From the NCBI GenBank assembly GCA_041179165.1, contig JBEGTX010000161.1, positions 16,014-80,013 of the forward strand: a DNA stretch of 64,000 nt, in the 5' to 3' direction. Within the stretch, counting starts at the first letter, position 1. Each line of letters begins with the position of its first letter. The translations under genes and the position numbers were made by a program. Under the pieces are notes generated by a model. It did no database searches. It saw nothing but the letters and a program-made list of their open reading frames with translations, and was not told where the DNA came from. Shown here one piece after another: positions 50,686-60,071 of the stretch. The stretch is from Pseudomonadota bacterium. Its GTDB lineage: Bacteria; Pseudomonadota; Gammaproteobacteria; Burkholderiales; Burkholderiaceae_C.

Positions 50686-52140
50686 TCAACCCGCCCGGCC
50701 GTAGGTGTCTTCAAAACGCACGATGTCGTCCTCGCCCAGGTAGCTGCCCGACTGGACCTCGATGATCTCCAGCGGCACCTTGCCGGGATTGGCAAGCCGG
50801 TGCTTCTGGCCGAGCGGGATGTAGGTGCTCTGGTTCTCGGTGAGCATGATTTTCTGCTCTCCGCACGTGACCTCGGCCGTGCCGGTCACGACGATCCAGT
50901 GCTCGGCGCGGTGGTGGTGCATCTGCAGGCTCAGCGTGGCACCGGGATTCACCAGGATGCGCTTGACCTGGAAGCGCGGCCCCGCGTCGATGCTGTCGTA
51001 CCAGCCCCAAGGCCGGTACACCTTGCGGTGCAGGGTGTGCTCGGTGCGCTTCTGTTGATCGAGCAGGCTGACGATCTTCTTGACCTCCTGGCTGCGGGAA
51101 CGGTCGCTCACCATCACGGCATCGGGTGTCTCGACCACCACCACGTCGCTCAAGCCCACCACGCTCACGAGCCGGCTGGTGGCATGCACCAGTGTGTTGT
51201 GGCTGTCTTGCAGCATCACATCGCCCACCTGCGCATTGCCGTGTTCGTCTTTGGGGGCCACCTGCCAAACGGCATCCCAGGCGCCGAGGTCGTTCCAGCC
51301 GGCCGACAGGCTCACCATGCGGATGGGCACGGGGCTGCCGGGGCAGCGCTCCATCACGGCATAGTCCACCGACTCCGAGGGCACGGCCGCAAACTCCGGC
51401 TTGCCCGGACGCACGAACTGCGCGTCAGTGCTGCGCTTGTCCCAGGCCGCTGCCGTGGCGGCATGGATGTCGGGCCGGAAGCGGTCGAGTGCGGCCAGCC
51501 ACACCGAGGCCTTGAGCACGAACATGCCGCTGTTCCAACTGTAGGTGCCTTCGGCGAGGTAACGCTGGGCGGTGGCGAGATCGGGCTTTTCCACGAACTG
51601 TGCAACCACATCGCCACCGTCATCGGCACCCGGCGTGCTGCGGATGTAGCCATAGCCGGTCTCGGGGCGGTCAGGGGCAATGCCCAAGATCACAATGGCA
51701 TCGGTGGCGGCCAACCGAACCGCGCGCTGCAGCGCGACCGTGAAGGCGGTGTCATCGGTGATGGTCTGATCGGCCGGGGTCACCACCAGCACGGGATCGT
51801 TCCCTTGCGACAGTGCCTGCAGTGCCGCGAGCGTGAGCGCCGGCGCCGTGTTGCGGCCCGAAGGCTCGAGCAGCACAGTGGCCTCGGCTTGCTTGAGTTC
51901 GCGCAACTGGTCGAGCACGAGAAAGCGATGCTCTTCGTTGCCCACGACCAGGGGTGCAGCGACATCGATGTCGCTTGCACGCAGCGCCGCCAGCCGTCGC
52001 ACGGCGAGCTGGAACAGCGAGCTGTTGCCCGACAGCACGAGAAACTGCTTGGGAAAGCCTGCGCGCGACAAGGGCCACAAGCGTGTTCCGCTCCCTCCCG
52101 CCATGATCACGGGCACGACCGAAATGTTGTTGATGCTCAC
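50686..52140 (-). CDS. manC: mannose-1-phosphate guanylyltransferase / mannose-6-phosphate isomerase (type II PMI-GMP)
   Basis: 484 aa with a GTG start at 52140 and AGGAAGAGG upstream. It has [16 protein letters not shown] and a C-terminal cupin (HHRAEHWIVVTGTAEV...YIPLGQKHRLANPG). Confidence 0.93.
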   Translation of the reverse strand: MSINNISVVPVIMAGGSGTRLWPLSRAGFPKQFLVLSGNSSLFQLAVRRLAALRASDIDVAAPLVVGNEEHRFLVLDQLRELKQAEATVLLEPSGRNTAPALTLAALQALSQGNDPVLVVTPADQTITDDTAFTVALQRAVRLAATDAIVILGIAPDRPETGYGYIRSTPGADDGGDVVAQFVEKPDLATAQRYLAEGTYSWNSGMFVLKASVWLAALDRFRPDIHAATAAAWDKRSTDAQFVRPGKPEFAAVPSESVDYAVMERCPGSPVPIRMVSLSAGWNDLGAWDAVWQVAPKDEHGNAQVGDVMLQDSHNTLVHATSRLVSVVGLSDVVVVETPDAVMVSDRSRSQEVKKIVSLLDQQKRTEHTLHRKVYRPWGWYDSIDAGPRFQVKRILVNPGATLSLQMHHHRAEHWIVVTGTAEVTCGEQKIMLTENQSTYIPLGQKHRLANPGKVPLEIIEVQSGSYLGEDDIVRFEDTYGRAG

Positions 52141-52330
52141 TCGAACCTCTTCCTGGATGTCTGTTTACTGCTTTGCCGCGCCCGCTGTCAGCCCCATCAT
52201 TCCGGGCAGGCTGACCGCACCCCGCCGCATTCACACCCTTTGCACGGGTCAGTGTATCGAGCACATATTGCAAAAGCGTGCACGGCAGTTAAAAACCCAA
52301 GGGCAGGCCAGACAGCCGGAGCGAAATCCG

Positions 52331-53203
52331 TCATGACCGCCTCATTCCCTTGAGCCACCTCACCAGCACAGGCGGCAACCACTGCTCAAGCGCATGGCGG
52401 ACGCGGTCACCGCGGGTGGTGAACATGAAGCGGGACAACATGGCCGGACGGCGGTCTTCGCGGGCAAATCGATTGGCGTAAAAGTAGGCTGCCAGCGAGC
52501 GCCGGGTGATGCCTGGCGGAACGCTGAGTGGCGTGGGGTGCCCATGGAAATGGGCCGCACCATGGGTCAGCAGCACCGACCGCCCAAACCGCGGTTCGAT
52601 CTGCCGCACACAGGCGTGTGCCTGTGCGTCCCACAGCTCAAGCGCCCCGTTCCACTCGGGCTGCCAATGGTCGTTCAAGTAGGTGATGAGCACCATCTCG
52701 TTGTTCAAGGCGGTGTGCGGGTGGCGATCGAAATCGGTATGGATGCCAAACGAGCCGCCGTTCTCGGTCTCGTGAAGCCCGCCGCCCACCAGGTGCGGAT
52801 CGGCCACCAGACCGGCAATGCCGCTCACCTGAAAAAGCACATCCAGAAAAAAGGCCGAGTGCAAGGCATTGAAGTAGAGCTGGCTGGCCGGACCGAGCCG
52901 GGCATGGTCGCGTGAGCGCTCCACACGCGCGTATCGATTGATCTCGGTGCTCCAGGGCAGCTCGGGCCCCGAATGAAATTCGTCGCGCACCAACCGCAGC
53001 AAGACAGGATTGAACCAGTCCTCGACCACCAGGTACGGAAATGGGCTGGCCGCCAGCAGCTGCTCATGCAAGCCATGAAGGTACGCGCCATCCCGCAACT
53101 TTGGGTTCAACAGTTCATCGAGCTTGAGGTGCTGGCCGCGGATCACGGCCTCGGCGGGCGCTTCCGCCAACGACTCGGCCGTCCAGGGTTGACGCGTGCT
53201 CAT
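52331..53203 (-). CDS. 2OG-Fe(II) oxygenase superfamily protein
   Basis: 290 aa with an HxD motif in FGIHTDFD, a distal His in LLTHGAAHFHGHP and RRSLAAYFY, in the order typical of prolyl-hydroxylase-like 2OG oxygenases. Confidence 0.65.
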   Translation of the reverse strand: MSTRQPWTAESLAEAPAEAVIRGQHLKLDELLNPKLRDGAYLHGLHEQLLAASPFPYLVVEDWFNPVLLRLVRDEFHSGPELPWSTEINRYARVERSRDHARLGPASQLYFNALHSAFFLDVLFQVSGIAGLVADPHLVGGGLHETENGGSFGIHTDFDRHPHTALNNEMVLITYLNDHWQPEWNGALELWDAQAHACVRQIEPRFGRSVLLTHGAAHFHGHPTPLSVPPGITRRSLAAYFYANRFAREDRRPAMLSRFMFTTRGDRVRHALEQWLPPVLVRWLKGMRRS

Positions 53204-53288
53204 TCAGCAGCCTCATGCCCAGCCGGCCAACGCGCCCAAAGCACGGTGACGTGCGTTTCACCTCGTGGGGCGATGAGGGCGGCCATGG

Positions 53289-54434
53289 TCAAGATACACG
53301 GTCCTTTGTCGGCTGCGTCACCACACCCTGCGGCCGCGGCAGGTAGCGGGTCAGCAATTGTTCGTACTCGCCCAGGATCTTGCCCCAGGTGAAGTTCTGC
53401 TCGAATTGCCGGCGGCTGGCTGCCTGCATGGCGGCCAGTGCTGCCGGGTCTTGAAGCAGGCCGTCCATGACGTTCGAAAAGTCGTCAGCGCCCTGAAAGT
53501 AACGTGCGCCCTCACCGGCCACCCATCGGTTGAAGCGGTTGTCATGCGCGATGACGGCGTTGCCCGCGCCGAGCGCCTCCACGAGCGAAGGGTTGGTGCC
53601 TCCGACCTGGTGGCCGTGCACATAAGCCGCACTGTGAAAGCGCAGTGCCTGAACCACCGGCTTGTCGTAGATGGCGCCCAGGAACTTCACCTCGTTGCTG
53701 GCGGCCTGCCGCACCGACTGGTGGTACGCGTTGGTGGGCGAGTAATTGCCGAGCACCGCCAACTGCACCCCACGAGGCTTGCGCGAGAAGCCCTGCACCA
53801 CTTCGAGAATCGAGTTTTCGGGTTCGGGGCGCGCCACGAGCGTCAGGTAGCGCCCGGGCTCCAGGCCCTGGGCGCGCACGGCGTCCACAGGGGCATCGTG
53901 CAACGGGTCAGCGCCGTAGGCGATGGTCGTGATGTGCGCTGGTTTCACGCGTGAACTGAGGTGACGCTTGATCTCGGGGTGGTCGGCCACCAGGTGGTTG
54001 CCCAGCCAGCAACCGGCCCAATCGTTGAGCCAGAACCAGGTCTTGGCCACAGGGCCCCACTTGGCGCGCGACCACTCGATGCCGTCCATGTTGATGAGGT
54101 TGGGCACGCCCTTCAAGCGCAACAGCGCGCAGAACACGGCCGTGTTGTAGCCGAGGGTCAGGCAGAGGTCGCGGTGTTGCGCCGCATGGGCGGTGGCACG
54201 CCAATCGAACACGATGGTGCCCTTTGGGCCGTCTTGGGGCACCGGGATGTGCACCCGCTCCACACCGCGCCACACGTCTTCGGTGATAGGGCCGCTGCCG
54301 TCGGTCTGGCAGTAGACCACGACCCGCCAGCCCTTGTCGGCGAGGTAGAGCGACAGGTATTCGGCGAAGGTTTCGAAACCGCCATGTGCCGCCGGGACGC
54401 CGCGGGTGCCTAGAATTCGAAGGGTTTTTTGCAT
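53289..54434 (-). CDS. glycosyltransferase family 4 with DUF1972 N-terminal domain (WchF/RgpA-like, possible rhamnosyltransferase)
   Basis: N-terminal LRILGTRGVPAAHGGFETFAEYLSLYLADKGWRVVVYCQ is the DUF1972 signature, and the C-terminal half is GT1/GT4-like. Confidence 0.8.
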   Translation of the reverse strand: MQKTLRILGTRGVPAAHGGFETFAEYLSLYLADKGWRVVVYCQTDGSGPITEDVWRGVERVHIPVPQDGPKGTIVFDWRATAHAAQHRDLCLTLGYNTAVFCALLRLKGVPNLINMDGIEWSRAKWGPVAKTWFWLNDWAGCWLGNHLVADHPEIKRHLSSRVKPAHITTIAYGADPLHDAPVDAVRAQGLEPGRYLTLVARPEPENSILEVVQGFSRKPRGVQLAVLGNYSPTNAYHQSVRQAASNEVKFLGAIYDKPVVQALRFHSAAYVHGHQVGGTNPSLVEALGAGNAVIAHDNRFNRWVAGEGARYFQGADDFSNVMDGLLQDPAALAAMQAASRRQFEQNFTWGKILGEYEQLLTRYLPRPQGVVTQPTKDRVS

Positions 54435-54507
54435 GGGGCGAGAGAGGGGGCAGCAGAGCCGCCCACGTCAAAGGTGATGAGAGAAGGGACGTGCGGCACC
54501 CGTGCTG

Positions 54508-55236
54508 TCATGGTGCGGCTTTCGAAGGTCGCCAGGCCTGGTGGATGCGTTCGGCGATCTCGGCCATGCCGGCATCGCCAGGGTGACGCAGCACGCCGGG
54601 GTCGGTGATTCCGGTGGCCCCGCTGCCCGAGCGGCCGGGCTTGCGATGGATATCGCCGATGTCGACGAAGCGCCCACCGGCACGCCGGCAGGCAGGCTCG
54701 ATGATGGCGTCGACCGCAGCCGACTGCCACCACGTGGACAGGCACACCAGCAGCCCTTTGTCGGGCTTTGCAGAGGCGAGCAAGCGGGCATAGGCCGGCT
54801 CGAAATCGGCCAGGGACTTCGGCCCCACGTTGTCGCCCAGTTCGACGACCAGCAGCTGGCTGGCCCGACCGGCCGCGAGCTGCTCCAGGCCGGCCCGCAC
54901 GTCACGCGGCTGGGCTTCCAGGGCTGCCAGGTTGAATCGCTGCGCACGCACCGGCGCTTGCGCGTCGCCGCTCAGCAGCCGCACCAGGTGGCCGACGTAA
55001 TCGGTTTGTGCGGACGTCGCGGCCATGCCCCAATCGCCCATCCACTTGATGGAAGAGGCCGGCCCGTGGCGCGTGATCGAGTTGCCGAGTGCGACCACCG
55101 ACAGATCAGGCGCAGCCCAGCCGGTCTGCACGACGGCGCACAACGCCCAGGCCGGCCCCACCCGCGCGAGCAAGCGAGTGCGCTGCCTGAGCACCCGCGC
55201 GAGCAAGCGAATGCGCTGCATCGTGGCCGTACTCAT
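54508..55236 (-). CDS. SGNH/GDSL-family hydrolase, secreted
   Basis: Signal peptide, block I VVALGNSITRHG, block III VVELGDNVG and block V RHPGDAGM. 4-bp overlap with the upstream AT3 gene. Confidence 0.75.
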   Translation of the reverse strand: MSTATMQRIRLLARVLRQRTRLLARVGPAWALCAVVQTGWAAPDLSVVALGNSITRHGPASSIKWMGDWGMAATSAQTDYVGHLVRLLSGDAQAPVRAQRFNLAALEAQPRDVRAGLEQLAAGRASQLLVVELGDNVGPKSLADFEPAYARLLASAKPDKGLLVCLSTWWQSAAVDAIIEPACRRAGGRFVDIGDIHRKPGRSGSGATGITDPGVLRHPGDAGMAEIAERIHQAWRPSKAAP

Positions 55237-56315
55237 GCCGCTTCTCCCACCGCCTGCACCGCGGGCGGCGGGCGGCGCACCAGCTTGCGCGCCCAGCGGT
55301 TGAGTGGCAGTTCAACCAAGCGGTGAACGCCGTGCGCCAGACCCACCGTGATGGCCACAGTGAGGCCGACCGCGACCAGCGCCCCGGCACCCGGGAGGAT
55401 CTTGTGGATGAGCATCAGCACCGGCGGCGCCATCAGCGGGTGAAACAGGTAAAGCGCATACGAGCTGTCACCGAGGGCGACGGGCCCATCGAAAACTGCC
55501 GGAGGCTTCCACGAGGTCAGCGCCAACATGGCACATCCGAGCAACAGCACGATGGGGTCGAGGCGCAGCCAAGTCATGGCGACGGGCGCTGACCACTTGG
55601 CCACGACCACCACGAGGAAGGCACTGATCAGCGCCTGCGTGGCCGGCTGGCGCAGCCCGCCCTGCAGCATGGCGTGGCCGATCAGCATGCCGATGATGAA
55701 GTACAGGTTGATCGGGCTCGTGACCACCTCCATGAAGGCCGTGGTGGGGGGGAACAGCAGCCCCAGCCCATACAGCGCCAGGATGAACAGCGAGGTCGTG
55801 CGAACGCGCTGTCCCTTGAACAGCATGACCGCCGCAAACACGACATAGAAGAACATCTCGTGCAGCAGGGTCCAGCCCACACCGTGGATGGGCCGCACCT
55901 CGCCCGCGGCGTTGTAGGCCGGGATGAAGAGGAATGACTTGATCGCATGCACCACGTCGAAGTGGTTGTGATTGACCACCGCAGGCACGGCCAACGCAAT
56001 GATCACCTTGGCCAGCGTGACCAGCCAGTACAGCGGCAGGATGCGCAGCAGTCGGCGCGTCATGAATTCCTTGGCGCCTGCCGCGTTTGACAGCAGCATG
56101 GTGCTGGCAATGACCATCACGATGCCGCTGATGGCGAAGAAGATCGGCACACCGATCTCGCCGCTGTGCCAGACGGCCAGGCTGGGGTCGATGCGCTCGT
56201 GATAGTAGAAGGTGGTGTGGGTCACCAGCACCAAGGCTGCGGCCACGAAGCGCATCACCTGGATGAAGTCATTGCGCTGTTTGCCTGCAGCCAGGCTGGC
56301 GGAAGGTTCACTCAT
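55233..56315 (-). CDS. acyltransferase family 3 (AT3) membrane O-acyltransferase
   Basis: 360-aa protein with about 10 TM helices. N-terminal FIQVMRFVAAALVLVTHT is the typical AT3 motif region. Confidence 0.85.
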   Translation of the reverse strand: MSEPSASLAAGKQRNDFIQVMRFVAAALVLVTHTTFYYHERIDPSLAVWHSGEIGVPIFFAISGIVMVIASTMLLSNAAGAKEFMTRRLLRILPLYWLVTLAKVIIALAVPAVVNHNHFDVVHAIKSFLFIPAYNAAGEVRPIHGVGWTLLHEMFFYVVFAAVMLFKGQRVRTTSLFILALYGLGLLFPPTTAFMEVVTSPINLYFIIGMLIGHAMLQGGLRQPATQALISAFLVVVVAKWSAPVAMTWLRLDPIVLLLGCAMLALTSWKPPAVFDGPVALGDSSYALYLFHPLMAPPVLMLIHKILPGAGALVAVGLTVAITVGLAHGVHRLVELPLNRWARKLVRRPPPAVQAVGEAA

Positions 56316-56414
56316 GGTCGACTCCTTTCAGCAGGCGCCGCGAACGGGCCGCCACCGCCTGGGCCAAGGCGTTGCAAGTTCCGTGCGAGTGCGTGGCGAG
56401 ACAACATGGCGAGC

Positions 56415-57626
56415 TCAGGTGGTGGCACAGGAACCCGCGACGACGTCTTCATCGCGCATGAGGTCCCGGTACATCGCTGCGGTGAGTTCCACCTGGGCCT
56501 CCAGCGAAAACTGCTGTGCCTGGCGCTGCAGTCCGGCCTGGCCCCAACGGCGGCGCAGCGGCGCGTCTTGCAACAGGCGCCACAGTGCGGCGGCCAAGGC
56601 CTCGGCATCGCGCGGGGCGACCAGCAGGCCCGTCGCCTCGGGCACCACGATGTCGAGCAGCCCGCCGTGCCCTGCGGCCACCACAGGCAACCCGGCCGCC
56701 ATGGCCTCGATGGCCACCATGCCGAAGGGCTCGGGTTCCGTGCTCGGTACCACGGCGACATCGGAGCCGAACCACACCGGCCAGATGTCGGCATCGAAGC
56801 TGACGAAAGACATCTGCTCGCGCAGACCGAGGGCGTCGATGCGCGACTGCAGCTCGGGCACCAGCGACTCCAGCCCGGGCGCGGGGCTGCCGACGATCGC
56901 GAGCTTGGCCGAGCCGAGACGGCCGCTCGCCTTCAGCAGACCGGCGGCCTCCACGAAGACCTCCTGGCCCTTCCATCGGTTGATGCGGCCGACCAAGGTG
57001 ATGACCACCTCGCCCTCGGCCGCCCCCACCCGCGAGCGGAAACGCTGCACCGCATCGGCCGCGGGCGTGACCACCGGCGGCAGACCGTTGAACATGACGC
57101 GGCAGGTCTCGCGCAGGCTCGGCACTTCCTGCAGCAGCCAGGCCTCGGTCTGTCGGGAGTTGGCAATCACCCCATCCGACAACGCAGCGACCAGCCGGGG
57201 CAAGGCCTTGCTCACCAAGCGCGGCGACAGGATGATCTCGTGCACGTGCCACACATGAGGCACCTTGCGACGCCACGCCCAGATGGCGCCGGTGAGCACC
57301 GCCACGGTGTTCGAGTGCACCACGGCGATCGCACGCCCTGCGGCGATGCGGTCCAGGTCGCGCAGGCCTTGCGTGACAGCGCGCAGCAAACGCAGCAGCC
57401 CACCCACCGAAAACATCGCGCGGCTGATCTTGGCGATGGAACCGACATGGGTTTCGATGCCGGCCCGCGTGAGCTCATCGTGCAAGGGGCCGGTGTCGGG
57501 CAGCACGACGACCGGGTGAAATCCGCCGCGCGCCTTCAGTGCGATCACGAGCATCAACAGCACCCGGTCGGAGCCATACAGCTCGGAGGACTGATGAACG
57601 AACAGAACGATCGCGTCACGCGACAT
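56415..57626 (-). CDS. glycosyltransferase family 4
   Basis: 403 aa with a GT-B fold pattern and an EPFGMVAIEAMAAGLPVVA (E-x7-E region) motif. Confidence 0.85.
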   Translation of the reverse strand: MSRDAIVLFVHQSSELYGSDRVLLMLVIALKARGGFHPVVVLPDTGPLHDELTRAGIETHVGSIAKISRAMFSVGGLLRLLRAVTQGLRDLDRIAAGRAIAVVHSNTVAVLTGAIWAWRRKVPHVWHVHEIILSPRLVSKALPRLVAALSDGVIANSRQTEAWLLQEVPSLRETCRVMFNGLPPVVTPAADAVQRFRSRVGAAEGEVVITLVGRINRWKGQEVFVEAAGLLKASGRLGSAKLAIVGSPAPGLESLVPELQSRIDALGLREQMSFVSFDADIWPVWFGSDVAVVPSTEPEPFGMVAIEAMAAGLPVVAAGHGGLLDIVVPEATGLLVAPRDAEALAAALWRLLQDAPLRRRWGQAGLQRQAQQFSLEAQVELTAAMYRDLMRDEDVVAGSCATT

Positions 57627-57758
57627 GGCAAGGTCCAGGAAGGTCGAGCAGACATGGGGAATGGAGATGCGCTGGCGCGGAGCGGCCCAACCACCAGGGC
57701 GGCTGGAAAGCCAGCGACAAAGGCAGCGGCAGCGACAGCGACAGCGGCAACAGCGGCA

Positions 57759-58985
57759 TCAGGCGGGGTTGCATACAGCGTTCCCTTCACCGGCCGGCAG
57801 TGCAGCGTGGTGCAAGCGGTGACTCAGCTGCACGTGACGCCAGGCAAAACCCCGCGACGTGAACTGCCGCTCGGTCAGACGTTGCTGCGCGGCATCGGCA
57901 CGGCGACGCGCCAATCCGGGTTCGTTGGCCAGTGCGTCCACCGCCTGGCGCAGGTTGTCGGCGTCTCCGATGCGGTAGTAGCCCAGCGCATGGTCGTCGA
58001 AATAGTGGTCGAGCCCACCTGCGCGGGCCGCGACCACCGGCACACCCATCGCTACACCCTCGAGCGTGGCCGTGAGGCCAGACACATGCTGGTTGAAGCG
58101 AAGCGGCACCACCACGCAGTCGGCCCACGCGTACTCCGCCACGATCTGGGCCTGGGTCATGGGGCCCACGGTCATATTGGATTTCACCAGCGCCGGTGCC
58201 ACCGACGTGGAGCCGATGTGCAGTTCGTAGCGCGGGTTGCCGCCCAAGGCCTGCGAGAGTGTGGCCCAGTCGCGGTGACGGTCGTTGCCGAGCGCCAGCA
58301 CACGGATCGGCCGGCTGTCGTCGAGCGTGACGGGCAACTCGCGGCGCACCAACGGGTAGCTGTCGAGCGAGATGCCGAACTCCACGATGGCGACGGACTG
58401 CGCCAGCCCTTGTCGGCGCGCCTCGGTTTCGTTCAGCGGCGAATGGAATGTGGCCACCTCGGCGCCCGACATCAGGCGGCGGTAAGCCCAGCGTCGAAGC
58501 GCCGACCAGCGCGGCCATTCATCGATCAGCCAGATCGACTGCGCAATGACCGGCGGGCACACACGCGCCTGCAGCTTGCGCACGAGGCCGATCGCGAGGT
58601 GCTCGTATTCGGTGTGTGTCCACACCGCATCGAAGCGTTGGACATCGAGCAGATGACGCTGGGACCACACATGCCGCAGGTCGAATCCCAACACACGCTT
58701 CACCGCCTTGTCGAACAGGCCGGCCACGCCTCGCCAGGTGGGCGTTGGCGACGCAAAGCTCAGCTCACAGCCGAACTCGCGAGCGAAGTGGTAGCCATAG
58801 GGCGTGGCGTCGGGCACCTCGCCCCGGGCGAACCGATCGGCCCAGGCTTCGACGTCCAGCGCGCGGGGCAAGAACACGAGCACCCGCAGCGGCCTCCCCA
58901 TGCCCGCGGGTCCGATGGCATCGGACTCAGAGGTTGTAGGGGTGCTTGGCGACAACACCAGCGATGGGGACTGCTCGCTGCGCAT
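57759..58985 (-). CDS. glycosyltransferase (GT-B, GT4-like)
   Basis: 408 aa from ATG 58985 (TGATG overlap with the upstream stop). C-terminal SGLTATLEGVAMGVPVVA. The N-terminal ~30 residues are low-complexity, so the start could be at MGRPLRVLVFLP. Confidence 0.75.
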   Translation of the reverse strand: MRSEQSPSLVLSPSTPTTSESDAIGPAGMGRPLRVLVFLPRALDVEAWADRFARGEVPDATPYGYHFAREFGCELSFASPTPTWRGVAGLFDKAVKRVLGFDLRHVWSQRHLLDVQRFDAVWTHTEYEHLAIGLVRKLQARVCPPVIAQSIWLIDEWPRWSALRRWAYRRLMSGAEVATFHSPLNETEARRQGLAQSVAIVEFGISLDSYPLVRRELPVTLDDSRPIRVLALGNDRHRDWATLSQALGGNPRYELHIGSTSVAPALVKSNMTVGPMTQAQIVAEYAWADCVVVPLRFNQHVSGLTATLEGVAMGVPVVAARAGGLDHYFDDHALGYYRIGDADNLRQAVDALANEPGLARRRADAAQQRLTERQFTSRGFAWRHVQLSHRLHHAALPAGEGNAVCNPA

Positions 58986-60070
58986 CAACGACCTCCGAAC
59001 ACCTTGCGCACACGCTCGAGGTAGGCCGTGCCGTGGGCCTTGGTGGGCTCGATGTACGAGCCTTCACCGTATTCGTTCCAGCAGCAGATGACACCCATGC
59101 GGTGTGTCTTGTCCGGATTCGCGTCCATCAGGGCCTTGCCTGCGCGCAGGTGGGTTTCGAACTCGTCCGGCGTGGACATGGAGTCGTCGTGGCGGCGGTC
59201 GCGGCTGCCGCCCCAGGGCCGTTTGTCCCAGCCGGAAGTCATGGGCACGATGTACGGCAGCGGGCTGCGTGCCACGAGCCACTTCCAGTGTGTGCGATAG
59301 CCACGGTCGAGTTCGTCGAAGCTGTACGACATGCGGCCCGCCTTGAGGTGCTCGTCCACCCCGAAGTGATAGTTGTAGGCCGACAGCGCATCGAAGCCAG
59401 CCTTGGGTGCAAAGTCGCGCGCCCAGAATTCATCGGCGGGCGTGGACATCACGAAGTAGATGCCCTTGAGCCCGGCTTCGCGGGCCTTGGACCGCGCACG
59501 GTCGAGCAGCTTGTCGACCGGCAACCCGATCACCTTCGCCTGGTCGCGCAGCCCATCGGGCGAAAACACGAACAACGCCGGCTTGCCATCGATCAGCACG
59601 TACTCGGGGTTCTTCAGGTGGTTGTCGATCCAGAAGCTGGTGAGGGCATCCCACTCGGCGAGGTTGCGCGGCTCGCGGGTGTGGTTGGCCCACAGGAGCG
59701 CGTACTTCACACGCGCGCGTTGGGGCGACTGCAGGTACGCGCGCACCGAACTCTGCGGGGCCGGCTTGCCGTTTTCCCAGTACCAATCGAAGACGGTGAA
59801 GCTGATGCCGTGATCGGCCATCCAGGCGAGCTGCTGATCGAGCGTATCGCCCTTTCCATCGTGGTACCACCCGAGCTTGGGCTCGCGGTCGGGGAAGCGT
59901 TTGATGACCGCCCAGGGGTCGGGCTCGTGCGCCCCTTTGGTGTAGGGAGACCAGCCGGGGTAGTAGTACACGCCGATCTGGTAGGGCGATGCCGCATGGG
60001 ATGCCACCGACCCCGCAAGCAGGGCCAGCGTGAGCCACCATCGCCATCGCAGAAGCAGCGCGCGACCCAT
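58985..60070 (-). CDS. secreted WbsX/GH99-like domain protein
   Basis: Signal peptide MGRALLLRWRWWLTLALLAGSVASHA, then GVYYYPGW...LGWYHDG...ISFTVFDWYW...LLWANH...SGWDKRPW...CCWNEYGEGSYIEPT..HG.AYLE. This is collinear with the WbsX (PF14307-type) pattern as I recall it. Confidence 0.6.
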   Translation of the reverse strand: MGRALLLRWRWWLTLALLAGSVASHAASPYQIGVYYYPGWSPYTKGAHEPDPWAVIKRFPDREPKLGWYHDGKGDTLDQQLAWMADHGISFTVFDWYWENGKPAPQSSVRAYLQSPQRARVKYALLWANHTREPRNLAEWDALTSFWIDNHLKNPEYVLIDGKPALFVFSPDGLRDQAKVIGLPVDKLLDRARSKAREAGLKGIYFVMSTPADEFWARDFAPKAGFDALSAYNYHFGVDEHLKAGRMSYSFDELDRGYRTHWKWLVARSPLPYIVPMTSGWDKRPWGGSRDRRHDDSMSTPDEFETHLRAGKALMDANPDKTHRMGVICCWNEYGEGSYIEPTKAHGTAYLERVRKVFGGR

Positions 60071-60071
60071 G

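Noticed and set aside
49546-52353. 935-aa plus-strand ORF
   Set aside because: Shadow ORF antisense to rfbB and manC, both of which have unambiguous motifs. Its composition is typical of high-GC antisense frames (R, A, G, H, V rich).
57554-57790. 78-aa Ala-rich ORF in the GT-GT intergenic region
   Set aside because: It is generated by translating the CAGCGR repeat run and has no ribosome-binding site. It is a repeat artefact.
56166-59024. 952-aa plus-strand ORF
   Set aside because: Antisense to three well-supported minus-strand genes (AT3 acyltransferase and two GT4 glycosyltransferases). No domain signature.
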